64,000 nucleotides of DNA from Schmidtea polychroa. Lineage: Eukaryota. The DNA is taken from assembly GCA_044892525.1 (NCBI GenBank), contig CM097885.1:26724001-26788000 (forward strand). Direction: 5' to 3'. Under the pieces are notes generated by a model, which saw nothing but the letters and a program-made list of their open reading frames with translations, had not been told where the DNA came from and did not search any database. How positions within the stretch are numbered: the first letter of the stretch is position 1; each line of letters begins with the position of its first letter. Made by a program: the position numbers and the translations under genes. Shown one piece after another: positions 25,839-39,676 of the stretch.

Positions 25839-26665
25839 ATGGAAAATGAAAAGACAACCTCTTCTTCAGGATTTTCTTCCGGCTACCAATCGAACGATTT
25901 GAATGAAATCGAAAGGAATTTCATAAAAAACAATAATTATAACGTAGAAATAATAAATTTAACCGATTTTGATATGAGTGTCAATCAAAACTCCAAGCTT
26001 TATCAAACCAAACACAAAAAAGAGAAAAAATATAAAGATGAGAGCACATCTGAATATAGTCCAAGTGAAACTGACGATGATGATGAAGATGATGATGATG
26101 ATGATGATGAAGATGAAGATTGGGTGCCAGTTAAAGAAATTAATAGAAAAGTCTACAAAATTTCCAAAAATAATATAAATTTGAAAAAAACAAAAAGATC
26201 AAAAATTGATAAATTTGATAATAAAATTAAGTCGGTGAAATCAAAATTTTATTTTGAATTAACAGATGCTCATTACGATGCCATCAAAGTTGCAATGGGA
26301 TATTCCTACAAAACGAATGGGACAAAAATGGAAATGTGGCAATTTCTGTTGTTTTTGTTGAACCAACCGACAGATTCTGGCATTGATTTTGGACTTTGTT
26401 GGTTGGAGAAAAGTCAAAGAATTTTCAAAATTTTAAATGCCAAAAAGTTGGCACATTTGTGGGGAATACATCAGAAAAATACCAATCTCACATACGAATC
26501 TATGTCGAGAAATATGAGGTAAGTATAACTGTGGGGTTGAATAAATTTGAAACAGTATTTTTTAGGTATTATTACAGCTCAAATATTTTAAGAAAGCACA
26601 CCCAAAGATTGTCCTATCAATTTTCTGAACAAACTGAAAAATGGTACAGTAAAAATTTCCATTGA
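25839..26665 (+). CDS. ETS-domain transcription factor, ELF/ESE/E74-like; exons 25839-26518 and 26566-26665
   Basis: MWQFLLFLL..W.EK...IFKI.N.KKLAHLWG..KN.NLTYESMSRNMR^YYY..NILRKH.QRL.YQF. A 47-bp GTAAGT...TTTTAG intron (26519-26565) joins the two ORFs in frame. Acidic N-terminal tract. Confidence 0.92.
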
Positions 26666-28083
26666 AACTTTCTTTTTTTATGTAATATATTTTTGAATAA
26701 ATTAGAATTTTTTATCATCGCCTTTAAATATTATTAATCATTCTTTGTGGTTTAAATCTCTTCGGAAATTATGTGTTATTTATGATTTTATACGGTTTAA
26801 GGTAATTTTCTTATCACTCACTATTGTTGACAGTTAGTTTCTGATGATCAAGATCTACATCTAATTCCGAAAGTCAAAAGTTTCTATAATCTAAAAAAAA
26901 ATCGATAGAATTATAATATAGGAACACACAAACTTATCTGTGTGCAAATATTTAATGTTCCTAAAGTTAAAAGTTTTATTATAGGAATTGAGAAAGTAAC
27001 AGAAAAATAATTTTACATACAAACACAGCACACATAATATAAAATACACGCAAATTTAATGCAGAGTTTTTTATTCCGAAAGTTAAAAGTAATTAACATA
27101 TAGTTAACATATCATTATTTTTAATATATTAAAATTCATGGTGGAAAAAGTTTGGATTTTCAACTGTACTTTGAAAAGGATGACAAAAAATCGTAAGATC
27201 TATTTATAAAATATTTTTGAAGGTAATATTTCTTTAGATTTTTAGATATTTCTTTGAAAACACTTCCTTTTTGCGAAGGTGAATATCTGACAATGTAAGA
27301 TTTATTCATTTGATTACAAATAATTAAAATATTTTACAGCATATCAGACATTTCTTGTCAAACGCTTTTGTGTGAAGGTAACATTTATAATATTCAACAA
27401 GTGCCATCGACATCTTTGGAATTGCAGAAAAAATTTCGAAAATCGTAAATTTTAATGACTTATTTAAAAAAATAATATTTTCACAGAATTTCAGAAAATG
27501 ACAAAATTCGTCTTATCAATGCTGGAGAAAGATGATTACAAAAACTTAAAAAAGTATTTTATCCATATACGCTGCTTCTTTCCTAAATGTCTTAAAAAAA
27601 TTAATGTGTTTGGTGATTACTTTATTTATTCACAGTTAAAATAATATCTAACTTACATTTTATTGAAATAATTCCAAATAAATTCATAAAATGTCATAAA
27701 ATTCCTAAAAAACACCTGAAATTTAATTATCAATATTTTATATTATAAATGCTGACTACAGGTAATATTTAAGAACTTGAATAATGATCTCATAATTATA
27801 TAAGATCAAAATTCAAGTCTTAAAATTTATTTAAATTAAAAAAACTCAATTGTTGAACCATTAATAAAATTGAATAAATAAAGTAGAAATGAAAATAATT
27901 CTCATAAATGGTGAGTCATCCAATGATGAACACACCAACATGTATTATAAAGACTTTTAACTTTCGGAATTAGGTGTATCGTATGACCTTTAACTCATTT
28001 GTTTTATTCACTAGGATTCTTAACTGCTGCCCCCTTTGTTTATTGAATTTAGTCACCACCAAAATTACACTCGGTTTCAAAAG

Positions 28084-28839
28084 TGTTGGGGTTCAATAAA
28101 AGAGATACAAAATTGAGGTGAAAATCAATGAAAACACCAAATTCATAATAATAAATGTAAAATACAAAGATATTAATTAAAATAATCAAAAAAACAAAAA
28201 TTGAATAATTTCGGGGAAACTGGTATGGGCGGATGCCAAATTATGAGACGAGTTCAAATATAATAAAATAAAATCAATGGGGGGTCCCTAGAAAGAATAA
28301 ATTACAAAAAACAAAAATTAATTAAAAATTAATTAACTAATCGGAAGCCCGAGCTAATGGGAAACCCGAGATAATGGGAAGCCCGAGATAATGGAAAGCC
28401 CTTGCGTCATGGGAGAGCCTAAATGGTAGATCAAAGGGGAAATTAGATCGGTCGACGAAAATTAAATTAGGACAATGAAAGAAAGAGATAGGAGGAAGCC
28501 CGGGAAATTTGATATGAAGGGTTTGACGAATTAAATCAATTGACGGGTCAAGTATAAAAGGAACCAGCAAAGAAACATTATTGCCAGTTGGTCGAAGGAA
28601 AGTTAGTAGGATTAAACGAGTGAGTAAAAGGATTTAGCAGTTGTGATAATTTGAGATTTATTGTATCATTGAAAAGTGCAGATCAGAGTTATTAAAGATT
28701 GAAATTGTTCAATAAAGAGTGTGATCAACCAGTGTACTTGTATTAGTCTTGAATAAAATTATTGTGTTGGGTTATCTTGATTTTGATAAAGAACACAAAG
28801 GAGTCAGACCGTGATACCGACTTGCACATAAACCCAACA
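28084..28839 (+). mobile_element. Solo LTR (756 bp)
   Basis: TGTTGGG...CCCAACA termini, 4-bp TSD AAAG, TATAAAAG at ~28553, AATAAA at ~28710 and ~28752. GGGAAACCCGAG repeats are shared, inverted, with the 20067 LTR. Confidence 0.88.
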
Positions 28840-29759
28840 AAAGTAAAAATTTTAGTAAAGAGTATTTGTGTGTACACCAACTATATTTTCGTTTTCATCA
28901 CTTGTCTCAATTTTCATATTATGATTAATTTTACACAACGTTGCATTTATTAAAAACACTATAATATCAAAAATTCAATAAATTATATTATAAGATACAT
29001 GTGCCAAAATATTTTTGCAGTTACGCCTGCCCATTTATTATAGGATTTCAGAAATGGTAGAAAAAAAAATGAAACATACATACACGATGAGTGCAATTTC
29101 TATAATAAATCAAATATGTAAACAATCGATAAAATACACTACCTAAATAAGATAAACCCATTTTAAAGAAAATATTTGTTGAAATTATTGCTAAAATTCA
29201 TTTACACCATATTAAAAAATATTGTATCCACGGCAACATTTGACTCTTTCCACTTTGTTATGTGGCTCCCATACTTCTAAAGACTATAATCAATTTTTCG
29301 CTCAAAAGCTTGAGGATATTTTCAAAATCTTTATTATTAATTTTTAAATTTAGAATATTTTTTACATTTTCCTAATTCGTTGTTTTTGTGCTTAAATTTG
29401 AGTATATTCATTTTTTGAAGGTTACTGTTTTCACAAGAAATTTTAACACAATCTATCTTAACTACAGAACTCACCAGCCTTATGCAATTACTATTTATTA
29501 AAGTAAGCTTGAATACAGTGGAATCTTGTTTTAGTGTTGTGTTTAAAATAGAGATGGGTTGCCAAATGCAGACTCCAGGTGCAGCGAAACTTAGTGCAAC
29601 TGGTGAAAGATTGGCCGAAATTACGGTAACTATAGGATAGAGTGTGGGACACCCGGGATTATTATCTTTTTTCTTCCCCCCCCCGCTATTATGATTGATG
29701 AAATGAATTGATTGCCAATTTCATAGATTACCACAATGTTATACAATATCTTCTTTCAG

Positions 29760-30211
29760 TGTTCAAACTGATGGAAAATATGCGCCAAGATCGAGAACGG
29801 ACGCCAAACTAGGTCAAAGAGCTTCGAAAAATACTTGTCAAGTTCAAGGGAGGTTGCCGGGAATTGGAAGGCACCTGATTTAGTGCCGCAGAAATGCAAA
29901 AGCGCCTGAAGCTTATCCAACAGCTACAGCTTCAGAGCACCCAAGATCAAACCGAGATATCGGCTCTCTGCCTGCAAATAAGGGGTTTAGAAACGCAGGT
30001 GCGCCAACAAGCGATAGACAAAGACTTATCCGCCCAGATCCAACAATTGGCAGGAATCACAGTCGCATTCAGCGTCTCTGAGCCACCTGTTCAATCAAAA
30101 AAGAAGATCCGACCCGGCAAGGAAGCTCTGGGAGGCTTAGGCAAGCCAAACAAGCAAACATATCAATTTCCAGATTCCTATAAATGGCTAACATTCAAAC
30201 ATTTGTTGTGA
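29760..30211 (+). pseudogene. Coiled-coil/basic ORF of the unclassified element, copy F
   Basis: After TTCTTTCAG: FKLMENMRQDRERTPN*VKELRKILVKFKGGCRELEGT*FSAAEMQKRLKLIQQLQLQSTQDQTEI; two in-frame stops. Confidence 0.75.
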
Positions 30212-30359
30212 CAATTTTCATTATTGTGAAATTTTAAAAATAGTAATGATAACTTAGTATTATGTTTATGTATAGTTACAAATTCATTTATTTGGGTAAT
30301 GAGATGGAAATAAGAAATGAGATCCGGAAACACAATGTAAAATAGAGGGAGTAGAAAAT

Positions 30360-30544
30360 ATCGGACACAGGCCTGGACAATTATAGTATACACAGTATGC
30401 TCACTTTTTGAGAATACTCCAACCCTTGATACATTGCCAATGTTGATCAATCAACGGGTATCAAGTAGTCAAACTTCTATTGTATTCTGGGTTACGCTGG
30501 AGACTGAGCAACAAGGTAAAATGTTTGATTACCTGTAACACACC
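30360..30544 (+). ncRNA. Structured 3' RNA module, copy F (internal deletion in domains 1-2)
   Basis: AGTATAC-ACA-GTATGCT-CAC; CTTGATAC...GTATCAAG; GGGTTACGCTGG..AGGTAA..TTACCTGTAAC. Confidence 0.72.
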
Positions 30545-33500
30545 GTTATAAATCAATAAAGATATCGATGTTTTTTTGATATCTTTCTTGATTCATGATT
30601 TTCTCCACCTTTTATTCTCCCAAGTAATTTACTAGTAATTACTAGTAATACTAGTAATCTTTCTTTGCTGTTCATCTGTTATACAAATTACGTCCAGTTC
30701 TAATTTACTTTAAACAGGTTAATGATACAAATTACAAGTTTCACAAAATTTACTGTTTTGATAAAAAAACGAATGTATAAAAGCCTGCACATCTACGTCA
30801 TACCAAGCGTCAAGCCAAAGATGGCACTTCGTGCGCATGAAGCACTCGGCCTATGGAAACGCCTCCAAGTCTATTGACCTATTCTACTTCATTAATTATC
30901 GCGTTTGTAAATAACTCCAAAATTTGATCCGACCACATCTGAATCTCATTAAAATAAGCTCTATGTGTTCTACAAACTGCATGGTGGCCCCTTGACCAAG
31001 TTCAGCCTTTTAGTCATGTTTTTATTTAACTATGATCGTTTATCCGCTTATGAAATACGACTGGACCGAGCAACGTCTGCTCTGTAAAAAATTGCAATTT
31101 TTCATTTGGTGTCACCCCTCTGAGATGGGTCGCATCCGCCTAACGACTCCACCGTCTTTCATCAATGAATGTTTTTTATTAAGTTTTTGGTTTCATAATA
31201 AAATAACATTATGAAAAATGGTTGGAGCTCATGTATGGAATTTTTTTAAAATTTTTTTACCAAATTAATTTCGGTATTAAGTATTTGAAAAAATATTTTT
31301 CTTTAAAACTTTAAAGCTTTTTCCGAAAATAAAATTTCAACAAATACTATTCAGCAAAATAATTGTTTAACAAAAATTTCGAATTTTCAAATAATTTAAT
31401 GAAAAAATAATATAAATATACAACTAAGTTAAATTTAATTTACAAATTCTAATATAATTTGTTTTACTAAATAATCAATTTGATATATAATTTTCTAAGC
31501 TTTTTAGCATTAACTTCAGTGGTTCAATATTTTATTCATTTTCTTCAATATGATTGATACGATTTTCGTTGAAACAGCAATTTATTTTACTCATAAGATT
31601 TCTTTCAATCAGGATATTCTATATAGAATAATAGATACACCCAATGTATTTATATCTGGTTAATATGGATCACTTATTAGAATGTTCACGTTAGTATTTT
31701 TTAAATTTATTTATGATATATTTCATTCATTTTTAAAATTACCAATTGCATTTATTTTATTTTTATCTGGACTTGAGTACCAATCATTTTTAAATAATGC
31801 GTGTTCATAACAACATATCGGAATTTTCCCAATATTTTTTCTATTTGGCTCCAAACCGAAAAGTAAGCTTATGTAAAAGAAACTCATGTAGATAGAAACA
31901 CTTTAATTAATCATTCATGATTCACTATGATTAAAAGTCAGATTCAATTTTTTCAAAATTTTGAATATACGAGGTGAGATATAAGGGCTATATATCCGAT
32001 TTCAACATATTCATCTACCTTTTATTATATGTCTTAATAATATGTTTGTGAATGAAAAATTGTTGATCCCATTTGAGCCACCAATAAAGTTTTTCTTGGG
32101 ACAACTGGGTATTTGTATTTTTACTAATGAATAATTAAATACCAAAATAATAGTAACTTTAAAATTAGTTAACAAATGTAAATTAATGTCACCGTTCGAA
32201 AAATTCTTAAATTCATGTTTTCCATTCAATGTCTACATTTTTTACCAAAATTTAGTATTTTCCTAAATTTACTTTATTGATTTCTGATCTCTATAATAAA
32301 GGATTTAACGAGACACCTTTATTACCACTAAAAACTACCTATAGATATAGCACTGATATCATTCTTCTTGACATAACCGCAATATCGGTATTGTTTTTAC
32401 ATAGTTTACATATACTAACAACCAAAAAATGCTTCATTTCAATTGAAAGGTAGGTATTTGCTGTAAAATTTCATTAATCCACTCTCGGCACCTAAATTCA
32501 TACATTCCCGTTTCAAAATTATCATTGGTATCAATTTTGCATCATTTATAAACAGTGAAAGGTTTTTCCTTTTGGTTAATAGTTTTTTCATTCAATCTAC
32601 GTTTTTATTGCCCACACGACTTTCGTTTGTATTTCTTATTTGACTAAGCCAATAGCTGTTATTTAACATGCTGAGAATTCATAATCTGTATATAACCTGG
32701 TTATAAACTGTATCTTTGTAATCTTAATATTTTTATCAATTTCTCTAGTTTTGACCTTCTAGGGGTGCTGATCTCTCTAACTCAGTATGACTTATCGAAT
32801 GACCAGAATATTAGGGGTAAAGCTTCACATGCAAGTCGTCCCAGCTTTCAGGGCACAGTTGCAATAGGCTTTTGGGTCTTACTGGGCCAGCCCAACGGGT
32901 GGTCGAGACCGCGTTGTATGTCGGCCAGCATATCTTCGCTACAAATTCCAAACAATAATGTGACAAATCGCATTTGTTAGCCCGCTGTCTCATATCGTTG
33001 CAGATAGGCGTCCGATACGCCACAAGCTATCGAGAACCAATTCCTCGAATGATGTCTACCTTTGCTATTCATTTGGTAAGCTTCGGAAGTCATCCAAAAA
33101 CCTGAAAAAAACCCCGAATTTTTGGGGCTGTTTCATAATCAAAATCATCAAAATGCATTTAAATTGAAATCATAATAAAACACATATTAACATATAATTT
33201 ATATTTAAAGAAAGAGATGTTTACGATGATAGCATACTAATAAAATATTTCGAAATAATTAAAAATTACCTCGCTATCGATAATAAGATAAAATGACAGT
33301 TACAAATAATGCTGAGTAAAATCAAGCTGATTATGATAATAGTGGTGTGAATAATTTAGAAGTTTTTAGGTAAGTTTTTAGGTATTGTTCTCGACTGGTG
33401 GAGCGCGTTATTTATACGAAATTCGGACCAATCAGAATAGGTCAAACTTCATTGGTTGATGCCCGAATTTCTTTATTTTATTTTGTTAAACAAATGTATT

Positions 33501-33677
33501 TTTTATTTAATTAACTTATTTATTTTAAGATTTTATTTATTATTTATTTAATCCATGTCTTACTTTTTGTTACTTAATGCGTTTCCAAAATTTTATTTCT
33601 GCTTTTAATTCTTATTTAAGTTTTTGTTTATTTAATGTTTAATTGGTGTGTTTTCCCTTATTGTTTTAATTGAACTT

Positions 33678-34073
33678 TGCGTTATTAATGCTGTGTTGCG
33701 CGTTATCCCAGTCTTTCTAGTTTCTTAATTATTTTTAATTAATTATTTGGCCTCTGGTTCAATACTAGCCACCACCGAAGCTATTGTTGTAGTATTTGTT
33801 CGTCTTTTCAATGTTTGCAACTGGTTCCAATTCCGACCATCAATATACTTCATTTTTTTATTAGTAAAATCAATCATAGTTAAAATTGGATTATTTATTA
33901 ACATATTAATAAATAATTGTAAATTGAGGACTAATTTCATTTTATATGGTTATTATCAATATCAAAAAAGTTCATTTAACTCTAAAATTTACAAATTTGG
34001 AGAGATAGGCATAATAAAGTTATTTTAAGAATATTTAGTAATTTATCATAAAATATATTAATAAAATGAAAAT
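33678..34073. repeat. ~400-bp segment near-identical to 42151-42546, resuming after 37330
   Basis: Direct sequence match; this copy is interrupted by the MULE. Confidence 0.9.
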
Positions 34074-34429
34074 GGTGCACCCCTAAAACATCGATTTCTA
34101 AAACATTACTGCGAAAAAACAGATTTCTAAAACATCGGCTATCAATTATATCGAATACTGATATATCCTTAAACATTGACTGTCAAAAAATCCAGCTCCT
34201 AAAATCTACCAAAAAACTATTCCTGTGGTCGCGTATTTGACTTAAATAAAATTAAGGTTTATAGAAAATATAATTTGTCGATTCCATTTTCTTTTTTAAT
34301 TAATAATAAAAAAAATTAAATAACTCAAAATTGTGAATGAGGGCAAAACAAATTGAAATTAAAACTTGTTTTATTATTCAAATACCGATAAGTAAAAAAT
34401 ATTGCCAATTTTTAGATTTTTTATTTTTA

Positions 34430-35895
34430 CAGGGTTTCAAGTCGTATTATGACAAACATAACATATTTTTTGAATATTTTAATATAATCTTTGACAATGT
34501 TAAATACATTAATGACAATATTAATAAAATAAATGCCAATTTAAATAATATTAATGACAATAATACATATATTAATGTAATATATTACAAAAAATGTAAT
34601 GACAAAAAAATTAAGTGACATTTAATTAAGAATAATTTCTCCCTCAATACATCTTGGTATATATGACCCCATATTTCGCACATAATTACTACAGTCTTGT
34701 GAAGATATTAGGGTACTTCCATTTTCAATTGCTCGCATAAGATCATCTTCATTTCTGGGGTTGGTTCTTTTGGTGATTTCCTTCCATTTGCTGAACATGT
34801 TCTCAATAGGATTGAGAAAAGGGGAGTACGGCGGAAGAAATTTTACAGTTGTATTTTCATTATTTATAGCGCTTTTTTTATAGGACTTTTATGGAACTTA
34901 ACATTATCCATTATGAATACGCATCTGTGAATCTCTTTATCAATTAAAACTTCCTTTAGCTCTGTTATATATTTGATAAACTTCTCTTTATTGAGGGCCC
35001 GATTAAAAGATTTATAAAACAATAACCCATTTTTGTTCATTGCACATGCTATAGATATATTTCTTGATCGTATGGTCGGTACATTTAATGTTGCAGGAGT
35101 GCCTATTTGTGATCTTCCTCTTGTTGTTCTCATAGAAACGTTGAATCCCACCTCATCAATAAATATTAATTCTTGTTCTGAATATATACTTAGTATAGAA
35201 GAGAATTTAAGTGCATATTCTTTTCTTGTTTCAATTACTTCTGTTGAATTTCTTCTCTCTGGAATTAAATGAAGTCTTTTCATTGAATAATGAAAACGAG
35301 ATAATAAATTATATACATAAGTTGTGGATATTCTAATTTGAAACTCTGTAAATACCTTTTCCGCTAAAAATTTCAACGATAATTGGCAGTTATTATCAAC
35401 CCACTCTTTTACTTGATTTTTTTGATCCTCTGTCAATTTTTGTGGATGATCGCCGCCTCTCTTATCAGCTTCCACCACTCCAGTGTTATGGTACTTCTTC
35501 AAAATACCATAAATTGTAGTTCTTTTTATTGATAAAATTCGAGAAATATCAACTATTGAAGTCCCGTCATCGTATGCTGTAATAACACGATCTCTATCAG
35601 CATTTGAAGTTGTACTATTTCTTCGTTGTACTCGAAAAGTGTTACGGATAGCTGGTTCGGCAGTGTTATCACTTTCGACTACTATTTCTGTATTATTTGC
35701 TATGGAAGCAGGAAATTGACTTATTTGTCGAGCCATGCATAGAATGTCTAAAAATATATTTATAATGTCATTAATAAAGCTTTTATTGTTATTAATTTAG
35801 TATATATTGTCAATAATAGATTTAATATTGTTTATTATCTGGTTAATATTGTCAAAAAATATATTATGCTTGTCAAAATACAACTTAAAACCCTG
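34430..35895 (-). mobile_element. Tc1/IS630-type transposon nested in the MULE
   Basis: TA TSD; imperfect TIRs of more than 40 bp starting CAGGGTTT(C/T)AAGT. Confidence 0.93.
34622..35736 (-). pseudogene. Tc1/IS630 DDE transposase, one frameshift near 34870
   Basis: HTH region, IFIDEVGF, FIMDNVKFHK, then in a shifted frame FLPPYSPFLNPIENMFSKWK. Confidence 0.9.
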
Positions 35896-37484
35896 TATAA
35901 ATGAAATGTAGGTGCAAAATATATATTAACAATTGCCAGCCCAATAATTTAGTAGGAACCAAGAACTACGGCAATTTTATTTAAATAGTCAACTTTGTTA
36001 TCAGAAGAATGATAGCTGTGACACATTGTAAGAGTTTTTTTGAAACTAAAATACCAGTCTTCTTTCTTCGCTTATAAGTCTCGGCCTCCACTTCTGCCAA
36101 ATAAGACATGGTCTTCTTTGCTTCAACTTGAAATTGCTTGGAAAGGTTCCACATGTTTGCCCTTGAGCAACCTAGAGATGCATGAAAAGCTGCATTTCAG
36201 GTTTCAAAGCGATTGTTTATGCGCGGTCGTCCCTCCATAGTCCTGTCAAACTAATGGGGTTATCTGGCGTAATTCTTTACAGTGATGAAGCTGCTTGACC
36301 AATCAATCTTGTCATTTTGTAGGATTCAATGTAAGTTGGCTCAAAGTATTGACGCAATGGCTCAAATTGTTGCCTACATCATCCAATGGTACAAAACAAA
36401 GGGATTTTAAGTAGTCGACAAGTGTTCTCATTTCTGGATCAGCAATATATTCTTAAGTCTCAGTTCTCCAACTTTCCGCCAAATAGACTGTAACAAGTGA
36501 AAGTAGCAAAGAGCAGCTTCAGCAATTGGAATTAGTTGATTGACAGCTTTGATGAATGCCTTTTCAAAGTCACAAGCGATATAGCTTGATGACCATTATA
36601 AGTCATGAACTGCTCATGACAGTTAGTGTCACGCTAGCTCCAGCATTCTGGTGTAAGTTTGAGAAGTTTTGTTTTTGAGAAGCAGAAAGACAAGAGGTAC
36701 TGTGCATTCCGAACTCACTTCTCCATGAAGGCTGTACAGTTGGTAGAAACTATCCACTGGAACTGATGCAAATGTCCCATCTCCAAAGATAGTATTGCGC
36801 GACAGTAGCTTTTTTAAAAATTCCCGAGTTGAAACCCTAGAATTCGTTCAGGATCATCTTTTCCAGAGTCAATGAGTAAAAATTGTTGTCTTGTTGCAAA
36901 GGTAGTCCATCGGTATTCTTCTGGTACATGAAAATTAATTGATCGAGGACGGCATCGCTGGTCACTTAGCTTAGATTTTTTGTAAACAAGAAATTTCCTC
37001 ATTAATTAATGTTGGAGCACAGTGAACTGCTAAACCAGATAAAATTGTTCTTGTTGGAACCATCTGTGTTGCTTGAATTTTAGCATAAAATCTCCATTTG
37101 TCATTTGTGAATGTGAATGTAAATTTCTTCCATGACGAAGCTATCCACGCGGATCCTGAATTAACCTTCCTGGACATCCACTCCAACACTGTTCGTACTT
37201 CCAATAATTAATTGAATCAGACTATCTACAATGAAGATAAATAAAAATTCAGAAATTCGATTATAAAGCAAAGCTGTTTTAAAAGTCAATGTTTTAGAAC
37301 TCGTTTAAATGGGGCGACCCGAATGAAAATATATGATGAATAATATAAAAACAGTAAATTTCAGTTAAAAATTATTAAAACTTATTTTAAATTGTGAAAA
37401 ATCAAAAAAAATTGCAAATCAATATTTCTTTCTGCTCATAGAAATAGTAGATTACCAAAATTATTAATTACCAAAATATAGCAT

Positions 37485-37538
37485 ATGAAATCTACTGTAT
37501 GAAATCTACTGTATGAAATCTACTGTATGAAATCTACT
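37485..37538. repeat. 14-bp tandem repeat (TATGAAATCTACTG), about 4 copies
   Basis: Directly visible. Confidence 0.9.
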
Positions 37539-38069
37539 AAATCACACTGTTTATATTTTTTTACATATAGATTAAAAGCTATTGAGCACACAGCTCTAAC
37601 TGGTAATTATAATCCATTGTATTTTCATCCTGGAAATGCAGCATTTTCAACAATATACGTTTCCGTCGTCTGGCATTATACGTTCTCTTTCGTAATCAAA
37701 TATTAAATTAATTTTTAGCTATATGAAATATCATTCTCTTGACATTATTCGCGGAATATTCATAGTTTTCACAAATATATTCTGCTACAAAGAAACATTT
37801 TTCAAATCTTTCATTTTTGTCTTGATAACATTATTTTTGGATATTCTGTATCATATTTTGCATGCATTATTTGGGAATGTCTCTCCCCATCTCCTTTCTT
37901 TGGAATTGCTATAGATGAGACAAACATTAAACTATTAGACATAATGAAAAAATAATCATGTTCTCATTTATCGCGACAATGGGAAAAATTACTTTTTTTG
38001 CGACGCTGATGATTAGAACTGGAGAAAGTTAATATGGAATAATATCACTCCAGAAAAACTTTTTTAAAA

Positions 38070-39190
38070 CAGCTAAAATGGTCATGATCCCTAACTGAAC
38101 TAATTAAAGATTTATTGCACAAATAAAATGATGTGCTGTTTTCAAATTCTATTTGTTAGGTGTCGGGAATTATCATTTTCTTCTGATAATTATTATAAAA
38201 ATACTGTGTCTCTATATACTTATCAATTCAGTTTCAGTAAGAAATTGATTAACTCAATCTAAACCGACAAAATATTTATAAATTTTTATGCCGGTAAAAT
38301 TATTAATAAAAAGCAAACCAGCAGAAATGTGCAGATGACGTTGAAAGTACCTGGTGTCCTTATGTAAGATAGCCTCAAAGTCGGTGTAAATAACAAATGG
38401 ATGAGTGACGGTTTTACTCCAATCAGTAAATTCAGGATATTTGTTTTTGGATAATGTGTAGAAGGTAGTACCCAACTGATTTTTATCACAAAGACCCCTA
38501 TGTCTATTAAGAGTCATTTCTAAAACCGTTTAAACACCTAGGACACCACTGGCTACAAATAACAGGAGTGATTGAACTATTCCTTCAATTAAGGAATCTA
38601 TTTAGATCTGTGATTGCGACATAATGATAATTATTCTTTTTTCGATTAATAATAAATTTATAGGTTTTGCTTGCTCCTACTATCTTACTTCGGTAAATTA
38701 TATCAATAAAGGGAAATATCTACATTTACAGTAAAGGCATTAATACTATAAGCGGGATTATGATGTTCAAATTTACTTATATTTGTCAGTTTCATCAGAA
38801 TATCATTAGGGTCAAATTTAATTTGAAAAAGATTGTAGAACGTGGGACGATTTCTATATTGTTTATTTACACTTTCATATTTAATAATTGATAGGAAACT
38901 ATACAGAAAACAAAAGTGGTCATTATTAACTACATTTATAAGACAGCTTAAGTTTTTAATGATTTTGGGATTTCAATAAAGCTATAGCCACTTTCTGAAA
39001 ATTTAGTGAGAACAAAGCTTATGTACTCGATTTTATTGATAGTCCAATTACTACCTTTCTCATTTATTTGTGTTATTTTCTTATTTTAACGATTGATACC
39101 TTCACCAATGAAGGTATCGCTCCAAACTCTGGCGGAATTTGATATTACGAAAGATTGTAACTCATCTTTCTCAAATTTCGCTTTAAGACA
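38070..39190 (-). pseudogene. Maverick/Polinton pPolB N-terminal region, decayed
   Basis: EKGSNW, INVVNNDHFCFLYSFL, YHYVAITDLNR, WCPRCLNGF, PFVIYTDFEAIL, YLCNK..VRDHDHF motifs across frames. Confidence 0.78.
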
Positions 39191-39676
39191 AAAAATTGAA
39201 TTTTACAAGATTTTAATTTATTTATAAAGAATTTTAATTTATTTAATAAAATGTCTAGTACGGAGACAATTTTTAAAGACAAATACGAAACGTCCATCAT
39301 TAAAATAATGTGATTATTATTTAAACCGAAACCTATTTTCTATTATTATTATTATTATTAACAATCAACGATAGTGATTATCTCGGTAACTTTTGGTTTT
39401 TTATTTGATATAAAATTTAATTCTTCATTATTTTTTCTTTTATTCATTTTAATAAAAGTAGAAATTTGATCATTTAATTTATTAACTTGTTCTTTTGGTT
39501 TATTTAATTATTTTCATTTATAATTTTATTATTTTTTTTATTATTGGCGGTATTAGGTATTTTCATATATATTTTTATTATTAGTGTTATTGTTACAAAT
39601 TTTAAGTTCAACTTACGGTCAAATATTTAAAAAATTTTAAATTTGAACCTGACCATACCCTCGAATGTTCCAAGGT

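Larger units (their letters stand above)
34074..37321 (-). mobile_element. Mutator-like (MULE) DNA transposon, decayed
   Basis: 9-bp TSD AATGAAAAT (34065-34073, 37322-37330) with the empty site visible at ~42538-42546. Imperfect TIRs. Minus-strand motifs FLLIDSG.DDPERI, GDGTF..VP..FYQLY, CDFEKAFIKAV, CYFHLLQSIWRK. Confidence 0.88.

Noticed and set aside
26850..27800. Possible multi-exon gene suggested by repeated GAAG/GTAA donor-like sites
   Set aside because: Could not assemble a coherent reading frame or recognisable domain.
29800..29890. In-frame TGA/TAG as selenocysteine or programmed readthrough with the RNA module as SECIS
   Set aside because: Stops fall at different codons in each copy, the TGA aligns with Trp (TGG) in other copies, and no SECIS core is visible.
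33743..34028. Short ORFs repeated at 42216-42534
   Set aside because: Repeated only because the DNA is duplicated; no recognisable protein features.
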